This document shows positions 1 through 10,400 of a stretch of 64,000 nucleotides of DNA, in pieces. The stretch comes from Strigamia acuminata (taxonomy: Eukaryota): the NCBI GenBank assembly GCA_949358305.1, contig OX442314.1, positions 14,074,001 to 14,138,000 of the forward strand, given 5' to 3'. The number at the start of each line of letters is the position of its first letter. Position 1 is the stretch's first letter. The notes below the pieces were generated by a model. That model saw nothing but the letters and a program-made list of their open reading frames with translations, was not told the origin of the DNA and searched no databases. The translations under genes and the position numbers were made by a program.

Positions 1-430
1 GAATGGTTTCAATGAGACTTTTATACATCCCCAAGTCAGCCGAGTAAGATTGGATTTTATCCTTCGCGTCTGGATCGCCTGTATAGTTTTTACAGAAATT
101 TAATGAATAATTGTACGTCACGTGGCAAATTTTGTCGATCATAAGTGAACTTGAAGTATTTATTTGCAAAGAGAATGCAAACATGGTAAGGAATAGTGTT
201 GGTTCAACTGTAATCCACTTTTTAATGATTGCTCGTGGTTTGTCTTCTGGGTCCTCTGGTTCCGCAGATTCCTCTTCTTTAGTATAAGCGGGTGCTAAAT
301 TTTTACTATCTTTAATTGACCCGTATGACGGTGGTAATTCCTCATTATCAAGAAGATTATCTTGCGAGCTTGTTTTTGGTAAATTAGTGTCATACTTAGC
401 ATCTGAAGTACTTCTGGTGGCAGACATCAT
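1..430 (-). CDS. SLC46/PCFT-like MFS transporter, copy A (5' part only; runs off the window start)
   Basis: Manual minus-strand translation gives MMSATRSTSD...EDKPRAIIKKWITVEPTLFLTMFAFSLQ...DKICHVTYNYS..FCKNYTGDPDAKDKIQSYSADLGMYKSLIETI, clearly paralogous to copies B and C. The ITVEP motif is typical of the SLC46 N-terminus. Confidence 0.85.
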   Translation of the reverse strand, partial: MMSATRSTSDAKYDTNLPKTSSQDNLLDNEELPPSYGSIKDSKNLAPAYTKEEESAEPEDPEDKPRAIIKKWITVEPTLFLTMFAFSLQINTSSSLMIDKICHVTYNYSLNFCKNYTGDPDAKDKIQSYSADLGMYKSLIETI

Positions 431-1208
431 ACAAATCTATTAAATCAAACACAAATGTTTAAATCACCGCATCTCTTTCATTGATTCAATCTAATCCGCT
501 GAAGTAAAGACACAATACGACACATTCAAAAATGTTAACTTGATTTTACACATTTTCCGTGTAATATTTTTGGATTTTTCAAAGAGAGCTGGAGTTATTT
601 TTATAGAAAGGAATAATACGCCTGCCTGCACAACACATTTCCAAACAACCACAATCTAGCTTGCAAATTTGAATAAAAAATTATTTTCTTTTATTGGAAT
701 CACAAAGACGAATATGATGAAATTGGTTGAGCTAGAACTTCCTTTTCCACTTCTAAATCACATGATTAATTGAATAGGTGTATTCAAATTCAAAAATAAT
801 AACAGCAGATACGCATTTCATGGAGACTTTGCCCGATACCATCAAGCTCACGTGTCAGTCGATTAAACTGATATGACAAACTCCTACTTCAACAACACAT
901 GTTTGTAATTTTATAGAAACTATTAAAACTTACTTTCAACTTTCGATAAAATTAAACAACCTGCATTTCATCCTACTTTGATCGGTAGAATAAATCTAGA
1001 AAATTTTAATGTAAATCATGTGAGTTGATATGATTAGGGTTGTGTTAAATGATCTAAAAATAAGATTGTAATCAACATTATATCAGCGTGTATAACACCG
1101 TTTCAAAGGAGGAAGGAATCAAAAATTTAAAACGGATAAAATAAATTAAATAAATAAATATTTTTTTATTAATCAGAATTTTTACCGTAGTTTTAACTTT
1201 AAAAAGTG

Positions 1209-3071
1209 CTACTTAATTTTTTCACCGACATCTTCAAGCTGTTTGTTCCTGTCAAACTTTCTTTTGTCAATAAATATCCAGCTAATGGTAACAAAACAAA
1301 AAATATATCATAGTTACAATTTAAAATAAGAAAAATTCATTCCTACATAAAAATCATTAAAGGTATTATCGCTAGACTGGTTGATAAAACATACACAGCT
1401 CCCGGATGTTTATCTTTGAAGGCTTTGTACAACTGAGAGTAAGCAATCGAAGAGAAAATGGGAGCCAGAGACTCGCAAGAAGAAATCACTGCAAATAACT
1501 TTCCTATACAATATTAACAAATCATTTTTAAAAAAGAGTAAAGTAAATTTAAAATAAAAGATCAAATAAACGACTCACCAACTTCATCTTTAGCCACTAA
1601 CTTTGTTAGAAACGAACGAACAGTTGGCTCACTTAAAAATTGTAAAAATGATACCGATGCAGCTAAACACATAGTTTAAACATAAAAAAAATAACTAATA
1701 CAATAAATAACCTTAAAATACCCATATACAACATCCAGCCGGCAGAACTCATAGATATTATGACATTTTTAATGATAATAGCAATAACTCCCAATCCAGC
1801 CAACACCAAGTCCGATAGCTGATACTTTTCCAGAAAAAATTTGTAGAGCAAACCAGTACCTTAAAAACAATAATACGCGATTAAAAATCAAACCAAATGA
1901 TTCTACCTGGTATATATCCCAATGATCTCACCGATTACACTAATAACTGAATTGTACGTAGTGTAGTATCCCAACGACGTTTGATTCCAGCCAAACTTAG
2001 TTGCCACAAATAATAACGCCACAACTGCTTCTCCTAATTTACGGATGAAATAAACAATAAACTTGAAATAAAGACGACTCGGGTTTTTTCTTACTTACCT
2101 AACTGCGGAAATAGTAAAATAAACATGCAGAATGACAAAAGATTGATATAAATCCGATAATTTCCTGAACGTTTAGCGGTGCACATTTTGAAATTGCTTC
2201 TAACGTTTTCTAAATCAAACATATCCCGAAAAACCCTCCATTTATCGCCATAATTTTCAGAATGAATAACTTCGGGTACGAAAAATATCGTATACGTCAG
2301 AGATGCGAAAAATAGAGCCAAACTCGTCGCATAGACCGGCATGTAACTCCATTCCCCGAAGATAACAGAACTGAGCGCTATTCCGAAGGGAAAAGAAATA
2401 TACAAAGCAAGCTGGGAAAAAGCCATTCTAACGGTTCTATTTTTTTTAGATGTTATGTCCACCACATAACTGAAAGTTCCCAAATACGTGGAAACCATAC
2501 CCCCTGTCAATCCAATAAACACCGAACTGATCAATAAGTATTCGGGCGGGGTTTCGATATAGTAGACGAAAAACAAGTTGCAAATTGAGCTGCACACAAA
2601 ACCAAGTAGTGGGAAAACAATGGGAAATTTTCTGCTGTGTTTGTCGCTCCACGAGCCGAGAAAGAGAGAATACAAAACGGGCGGTATGGTTTCGAGTAAC
2701 CTATTGTACATTCCTAAATCTGCGGAGTAAGACTGGATTTTATTCGATGCATCAGGGTAGCGGGTAAAGTTGGAGCAGATCAAGTCGGAATAATTGTATG
2801 TTACGTGACAAACCTTGTCTATTGTAAGCGTGGTTGAAGTTATCATCTGGAAGGCAAATGCGCAAACGGTAAGGAATAGTGAGGGTTCGACAGTGACTAA
2901 TTTATTGACGATTGCTCTGGGCTTGTCTTCGAGTTCTGCGGATTTGTCTCGAGTTTGGTTGTTGGGTTCGCATAGAAGTGGTGGTAGAATATTTTTGGGT
3001 GTGTTAGGTGCTATTAAACTGGTCGTTTCGTCATATTCTTGAGATTCAGTTTCAGTTTCTGTATCATTCAT
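1209..3071 (-). CDS. SLC46/PCFT-like MFS transporter, copy B (6 coding exons: 3071-2099, 2033-1932, 1859-1722, 1662-1579, 1503-~1348, ~1281-1209)
   Basis: Motifs VTVEP, LGSWSDKHSRK, FSYVVDIT..RT.R, GKLFAVISSCE. The GT-AG junctions splice in frame to a TAG at 1211-1209. Confidence 0.9.
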
Positions 3072-3612
3072 CGTTATGTAGAAATCTAGAAAAGCAGTAA
3101 TTTCTGTAATTAATTTTCTGTAAATGTTTTTTTTTAAATGTTGCAATGGACTATCGACTCGTAAATGAATTATGTTTATATATTTGGTTGTTATCAGTAA
3201 ATCGTTCAGTTATTACACCCAAAGATGCCGAACAAAGTTTAAAAATACTCTTTTTAAATTAATAAATTAATAAATACATGTTTATGATCGTAACTGTGAA
3301 TAAGATTCGTTAACATCAGTTTGCTGACGTCTGAGTAACTTACTTTAAATGGAAGACGTACAGACCACTCAAGAAATGAAAAGAAATGATGAGAAAAAAA
3401 TGCATATCATCTGCTTGTCTGGTTGTGTAAAGCATGGCTATACACAGGGTTGAAAGTAGAAACTACCGTAATGATAATTTTTAGTAAATAATACTCTATT
3501 AATTACTAATTGAAAATATATCTTATAGTAATTTCTACAACTTTGTTAGCGTAGTATTAGTTTTCTTTTGTTAACTGTTCACAAATATAAACTATTTTTT
3601 TTCCTGTTAATT

Positions 3613-3790
3613 TTAACACTAGAACAACCAGAGCGTTCCAAATATTTTGCCGGAAAGTTCCCTCTTATTTTTACTGGTAGTTATATAATTTCATGATGGA
3701 CATATCAAGTTTGCGGCAATATCAATGTACAGTATATCGGAAAGTTTAGATTGTATTAATATGCAACCACATATTTTTCTCAAGATCCAA
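3613..3790. mobile_element. possible piggyBac-like transposon end (remnant)
   Basis: TTAA followed by CACTAGAACAACC, which resembles TTAA-CACTAGAACTACC-type piggyBac termini. No partner end was found. Confidence 0.3.
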
Positions 3791-3794
3791 AAAA

Positions 3795-3842
3795 ATTATT
3801 AAAATTAAATTATTAAAAATTATTAAATTATTAAATTATTAA

Positions 3843-3880
<38 letters not shown>

Positions 3881-3905
3881 TAAACTATTAGAATTATTAA
3901 AATAA
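3795..3905. repeat. (TTA)n / AAATTATT low-complexity microsatellite
   Basis: Directly visible runs of tta and aaattatta. Confidence 0.9.
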
Positions 3906-4269
3906 TTTAGTTTAGTACTAAGGTACACAAACATATTTAGTGCTACACAAATTTAGTTTAGTGACTAACACAAAAATATACTTTTCTACTTAAATGAGAT
4001 TATGGGACATTCTTTGGCACAATGCAAATTGCATCCTAATATTTTGATGTAGAACTACGTCTAACAGGACAATCCGAACGGAAATGCAAACCAGCGCCAG
4101 GGGCAGAGACGGAAATAGTGATGCAAATTTACAATGCCACGATTGAATACAATTCCCATCAACAATGAAATCACAACAAAAAACCCCCTCTCCACATAAT
4201 TCTGCGTTGCGGCACAGTTATTACACAGTGGCTGCTGTGCACTTTTGTAATTTTTTTGTACATCTTTCT

Positions 4270-5056
4270 CGTAGCCAATTTGATGTCATCTACCTTGATT
4301 TGGCCAAAGCGTTTGATTCCATTAACCATTCGCTGTTATTGGCAAAGCTTTCTTTTTATGGTATGACTTCTCATTTCTGTGCGTGGTTCAAGAGTTATTT
4401 AGATTGCCGTTCTGCTTATGTGAAGTGTGGTGACGTTCTCCATTCTGATCCCTTTAGCTGTACGACTGGGGTTCCTCAGGGTCCTATCCTTGGCCCTATT
4501 CTTTTCTATAAACGATCTTTCCTGTTTCATTCGCGATCTTCATCATCCTTTATTCGCTGATGATGTTAAGCTGGGGGTTGAGATTCGATCGATGGAGGAT
4601 TGTCATCTCCTTCAACGCTGTCTCAATGAAGTCTTCGAGTGATCCATCCTGAACCAAATGTCTGTGAATCCAGAGAAGTCCGTGGTTTTGTCTTTCTCTA
4701 GAAAGACAGTTAAGATCTGTTTTCCTTATTGCTTTGCCAATGTTATTATACCTTGTTGTTTGTCCATTCAAGATCTTGGGGTTATTGTTGATGATGGTTT
4801 GACCTTTGGTCTTCATGTTGCTGGGGTTATTGCACGCTGTGCCAGGTTTTTGGGTATAATTTATAGGCTTTCTTTTTCCTTTAATTTCTTTGTTCCGCTG
4901 TGTCTTCTCTTCGTGCTTTTGGTCAAATCCCGTCTGATGTTTGCCAGTTTTTTTTGGTGCGGTTGTGCTCCCTATCTGCGTCTTCGACTGGAGGGGGTTC
5001 AGCGGCGTTTCGCCAGGGGTATTTTTCGGCGTTTCTTGGGTGCGGGTGTTCCATAT
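4270..5056 (+). mobile_element. 5'-truncated, decayed non-LTR retrotransposon (CR1/L2/Jockey-type reverse transcriptase), left fragment
   Basis: RT motifs DVIYLDLAKAFDSINH, GVPQGPILGPILF, LFADDVKL and IQDLGVIVD are spread over different frames, with frameshifts and a stop. Confidence 0.92.
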
Positions 5057-5600
5057 TGTTACGAGCGCAGACCTCGCTGTACGACAGCGGGCCTAAACGC
5101 TCTGTTTAGAGAATTAATTCTGAAAGCTCTCACTAGGCACACTGGAGTTTCCAAATCCGCTCACCAGTTGTCACTGTGTTAATTATGCACAGGGCAACTG
5201 GACTAATCAATCAAGTAGAGCGGGGGTGGACCCAGAGTTTACCTGGTGAGCTAAGTGGGTTTGAGAGAGCAGAAATGTTCTGAGCCTCAAACAGTTAACA
5301 TGGTAAGTAAAGGCTTCTGTGGACCAGCGCACACAGCGCTTGGTCCCACCCCGCCTTTCCAAATTCATAGAGATATAATTTGATTATCATTTTTGCTTTC
5401 TTGCTTTATGTTTATGTAAAATAAAGGATTATGTTTATCATTTGATTTTGTTAAGTTTGTAATAAGTCCCATAGAATAAAAGAGATTTATTTAAATGATA
5501 AATCAGTTCTCTCAATCATTTCACCTAAAGGATTTCAAGGTCTTTGCTAAATTAATTAGCATTTGTTATGTGTGTGGATCACCCCAACCCACACGTAACA
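5057..5600 (+). repeat. 5' LTR (544 bp)
   Basis: Direct repeat of 11960-12503 with 7-bp terminal inverted repeats TGTTACG/CGTAACA and AATAAA signals near 5420 and 5476. Confidence 0.98.
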
Positions 5601-5603
5601 AAG

Positions 5604-5617
5604 TGGTGGAGATGCGG
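5604..5617 (+). promoter_or_regulatory. primer binding site, tRNA-Ala-like
   Basis: TGGTGGAGATGCGG lies 3 nt after the 5' LTR and is complementary to a ...GCAUCUCCACCA 3' end, as in animal tRNA-Ala. Confidence 0.8.
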
Positions 5618-6379
5618 AATTAAAAGACCCTGTATAATTGCTTTATTTAAGAGCTAAAATGTTAGTAAAAATCTGGAATTTTGAGTAAAATAGTTGAAAA
5701 TTTGTCCCTGAAAATGAGTAAGGTTGAGAAAGCAAATTGCCTATAATATTATCAGATTTGAAAGCAAATAAAGAGACTTGTGAAAATCAATTTTAGTGTG
5801 AAAATTGAGAATTGGGAATGAATATTTAATTGTTTTGTGTGAAAATGTTGAATATTTAATTATCTTGTGTAAAAGTGTTGAATATTTAAGTGTTTGAGTT
5901 GAAACTGAGCATGAATGTTAAATGAGTTTGCATGTTACTGAATATTTAATTAGTTGAAAACAATTAAACAGTATTTTAGAATTAAAGCCTAGTTTTAATG
6001 ATAAATCATTTTAAGGTTATACATATTTTGAATAATTTTAAGAATTGTAAATAGTTTTAAAACAATTTTAACTCATGCACAGTTATAAGTAATAATATTA
6101 TGAATTATTTTCTTTTCTCCTTAGCATGGTGAAAGTGTTTTAGTGATTAGTGTTTCACAGGTGAGGTGAATTTGTGTTTTGTGAGTGTGTGCCTTCTATG
6201 GTTGGAGTGGATCCATATTGAAGCTGGATCCTTCAAATATAACATTTCGCAAGAAATCATCAAGTATAATTGCGGAAGACAGAGAGCGACACTACACATT
6301 AACAACAGAATTCAAGTCTGATGAACATTTGGATAGTGAGATAGAACCAGAGGATAGTGAACCTCTAGAAGAAGTCAAG

Positions 6380-7447
6380 ATGGCGACTAGCTCAACTGCA
6401 ACGTTGGAAACCCTATTAAAAGGACTAGTAGTGCAAAAGCGCAATCCAGTCAATTATGATACCAGAACGGGGAACATTGACGAATGGATTGTTGGTTATG
6501 AAGCGATTGTTGCTACGGATACGGAACGTGCCAAGCATCTGCCGATTGTAATGAAGGAAGATGCGCTCTCCTGGTACGTCGAGCAGCTACAAGCTAACCC
6601 TAGCTGGGCTTGGGACGAATGGAAAGCAGCATTGCAGAAAAAATTCCGCCGTAGGCCCGAGCACGTCCTCAATACCCTACACGCCCTTAAGCATGAAGAA
6701 GGGACAGCCATTGACTTTATTAAGAAAGTTCTCCACTTGTGTTCATTTGCCAGACCAGCCCTCAGTGAAACCCAGAAAATCAACTATGTCTATCAGGCTA
6801 TGAAACAGCCGATAAAAGACAGGTTGATGACAGTTTTTCCTACAGCTATGGATGATTTGATGGAAAGAGTTCAGCTTTATGAAGCCCATGGAGTGAAGGA
6901 AGATCCGTCGACAGCTTTACTGACCCTTGTACAGAAACTTGTGGCTGACAAGGCGACCGTCGCACCGTCAACTTATTTGACTGGAGTGGCAGAAGCCCCA
7001 AAGTCGCTCGCAGAACTTGTAGCAGAAAACAACTTTCTAAAAGAACAGAATATGTTTTTGCAGAATGGCGTATTGCAAGAGACGATCTCTCCAATTTTCC
7101 ATCAAGGGACTTGGTTTACCCCAGTCAACAATCAGCGTCAAGGAGGAAAATTTTTCCAAGGAACCCAGCAGAAGCAGCAGCAATTCCAGCAAAGTTCTCC
7201 GCAGAACTGGCAGAATTTTCAGCAGCAGCAAACTGGACCCGGATGTTTCCATCAGCCCAACTGCACCTGCTGTGCGTCACAAAACAGAGGTGGCGGTGGG
7301 AAGAGGCGTGATACTTGGCGTTATAATAATAAGAATAATGAAGAAAATAACAGTAACCAAGGAAATGGTCCTGCTAACAATAACAGCGGTAATAACCAAG
7401 CAAGAAATCCACCTGGGAATCAAAAACAACAGAACCGGGGAAACTAG
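6380..7447 (+). CDS. gag: gypsy Gag (first ATG at 6380; frame open from 6185), Q/N-rich C-terminus
   Basis: Capsid-like pattern IDEWIVGYE...ALSWY...WDEWKAALQKKF, positioned between the PBS and pol. Confidence 0.9.
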   Translation: MATSSTATLETLLKGLVVQKRNPVNYDTRTGNIDEWIVGYEAIVATDTERAKHLPIVMKEDALSWYVEQLQANPSWAWDEWKAALQKKFRRRPEHVLNTLHALKHEEGTAIDFIKKVLHLCSFARPALSETQKINYVYQAMKQPIKDRLMTVFPTAMDDLMERVQLYEAHGVKEDPSTALLTLVQKLVADKATVAPSTYLTGVAEAPKSLAELVAENNFLKEQNMFLQNGVLQETISPIFHQGTWFTPVNNQRQGGKFFQGTQQKQQQFQQSSPQNWQNFQQQQTGPGCFHQPNCTCCASQNRGGGGKRRDTWRYNNKNNEENNSNQGNGPANNNSGNNQARNPPGNQKQQNRGN

Positions 7448-10400
7448 TAGTGCCACAAAGACAGTTAAAAAGTAGGCGTAGGAGAAGAAGAATGAGAAGG
7501 AAGTTGGAAATAGTTGACATTAACACCACTGAAGAAATGCTGACAATACCTGTCGTAGTGAACAATTTAGAAGTCAAAGGTGTATTGGATTCAGGTGGAT
7601 ATAGAAATATTATAAGTGAGGAACTGGCTGATAGATTGCAACTGTCACGTCGGCTTTGCCCTTATATCAAATTGAGGGTAATTGATAACTCCTTAATATC
7701 TCCTGAAGGAATTGGGAAAATTACAGTCACTATTGGAAGATTGGACTACAGCATGGAGGTATTAGTAGTGCGGGGATTTGGTCATGAGCTCTTACTAGGT
7801 GATCCTTTCCTCAAACAAGCAGGGTGTGTGTTGGACTATGACCGACGGAAGGTCTTTGTGGGGCGAAAAAGTGAAGGATTTAAACCGGAAGTTTTTCCAA
7901 TGTCAAGAAATTATCTGGAACAAACATTTATTGGCAGACTTACTAAATCAATAAAAATTCCAGCAATGCACGAATGCATGCTTTTCATTGGAGTGAACAA
8001 TAATAAAACTAATGAAGATTTGTTTGCAGAGCCATTATCCAATTTGACTGATAGATTGGGAGTAATTGGCTGTAAAACTCTAACTACATTTAAGGATGGA
8101 TCAGGCATAATGCGAGTTGCGAATCCGACGAAGAAGGCGGTTTATCTGCAGAAAGGAACAGCGATTGCCAAGGCATACCACGTCATTGACATTGGTAGTT
8201 TTGAGGAGCAGCCACCTAATGGCTTGAACTTTGATTCCGCCGTGTCAAGTGATCTACTGGATACAAACCAAAAGGAGCAGCTGAAGAGCCTACTGCGTAA
8301 GAATGAAGATAGATTTGCCACTTCAGATCAGGATTTAGGCAGAGTAAAGGTCTACAAGCATAAAATAGATACAGGTGATGCACAGCCAATTCACCTGCAG
8401 CCATATCGCCGATCCATGAAAGAGAAAGAAGTCGAAGCAGAGGAAACCCAGAAACTGCTTGAAATGGATGTAATCAGAGAGTCCGAGAGTCCATGGAGTG
8501 CGCCAGTGCTTTTAATTAAGAGACGTGATGGCAAATGGCGGTTTTGTGTTGATTGGAGGCGGCTGAATGCAGTGACTAAGAAGATGGTTTACCCACTCCC
8601 CCGAATCGACGACACCTTAGACCAACTGTCAGGTGCGAAGTATTTTTCCATGATGGATTTAATCCAGGGATATTTCCAAGTCGAGATTGATGAGGAGGAT
8701 AAGGAAAAGACTGCGTTCACAACGTCTTCCGGTCATTACGAATTTAATGTACTGGGCCAGGGCTTGTGTAATAGTCCTGCGGCATTCCAAAAGCTCATGA
8801 ACAAAGTGCTTGGTAACCTCCTAGGAAAAGTGTGTATAGCCTACTTGGACGATCTGATCATCTTTTCAAAGACATTTGACCAACATTTAGTTGATTTGGA
8901 CAATGTTTTTTCGAAATTGCGCACGGCGAATTTAAAGGTCAAATTAAGTAAATGCACTTTTGGAACGGATACCATTAAGTATTTGGGACACGTCATCAAT
9001 GCAAAAGGAGTTTCACCGGATCCACGTAATTTGGAGTCCGTGGCGAAGTTCCCAAAACCAACAACAGTAAAGCAGTTGCAAGGATTTCTTGGATTATGTT
9101 CTTATTATCGCAAATTTATTCGTGGTTTTTCAGACGTGTCCAAGTGCCTTGTAAATCTGACAAAGAAAGAAGAAAAGTATGATTGGGGACCGCCACACGA
9201 TGAAGCGTTCCAGAAGCTGAAGACGGCCCTAACGACAGTTCCAGTGCTGGCTCATCCAAATTTCAGCGAGCCCTTTATGATCTCTACTGACGCCAGTGCA
9301 TATGGATTAGGAGTTGTGCTGAAACAAAAGATAAATAAACAAGAACATGTCGTAGCCTACGCTAGCCGACTGCTTAGCAAAGCAGAGCAGAACTATGATA
9401 CAACGGAGCGTGAGTGCCTCGCAATCATCTTTGGTATACAAAAGTTCCGACCTTACTTGTATGGCCAAAAGTTCTACGTTATTACGGACCATTCAGCGTT
9501 GCAGTGGCTCAAAACTGTGAGAAATCCCAACGGACGACTCACCAGATGGTCACTCCAATTGGTGGACTATGACTATGAGGTCATTCACAAGAGTGGTAAA
9601 AAACATCAAGATGCAGATGCGTTAAGTCGTATTCCTGAGGCAGTGGGCGAAGAAGAAATAATTGATTTACCTTTGTTGCTACTGGAAAATCTGGACCTAC
9701 CTGCCGAGCAGCGAAAGGATCAGAAGCTGAAGGAATACGTTGATGCACTTCGAGATATTGAGCGCCTTTCGAAAAAGAAGAGACGATCTTTACAACAGTT
9801 CGTGCTCCAGGATGAAGTTTTGTTCAGAAGGAAGAATTTCCTGGGCAACGAAAGGTTACTGCTGGTTGTGCCAAAACACTTACAGCAAGATGTTCTGCAC
9901 GAGATGCATGATGGCCTTCCAGGAGCTCATCTGGGCCTGTCGAAAACTTGGAAAAGAATAAGCACCAGATTCCATTGGCCCAGAATTTATGCAGAGGTCA
10001 GAGACTACGTCTTGTCCTGCAAGAAGTGCGCTGCAGCAAAAACAGATACCACACCACCAAAAGGATTATTGCAGCCCTGGACAACCGTGACCAGACCATT
10101 CCAAAGAGTAGGAATGGACACTTTAGGAAAATTCCCGACTTCAAAGAAAGGGAATAATTATGTGTTTGTTATGACGGACTATCTATCTAGAGCGGTCTGT
10201 GCGAGAGCGTCACCAACTTGCACGGCCATTGCAGCAGCGGATGCTTTAGTTTATGAGATAATGGTGAAAGAAGGATCTCCAAGGGAAATTCTGACTGACC
10301 GTGGTACAGAATACAGAAATGAATTGATGGAGGAGGTCTCGAGACTCTATAAATCAAAACATAAAACAACTAGCGGATATCATGCCAGGACAAACGGTTT

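Noticed and set aside
4020..4200. Inverted 5' piece of the LINE (twin priming) or a zinc-knuckle relic (GLHFRSDCP on the minus strand)
   Set aside because: Base composition is suggestive, but no frame gives convincing LINE protein similarity; a homology search is needed.
5243..5280. Hammerhead ribozyme in the LTR (ctggtgag...gaaa)
   Set aside because: The core is not CUGANGA and the three stems could not be built.
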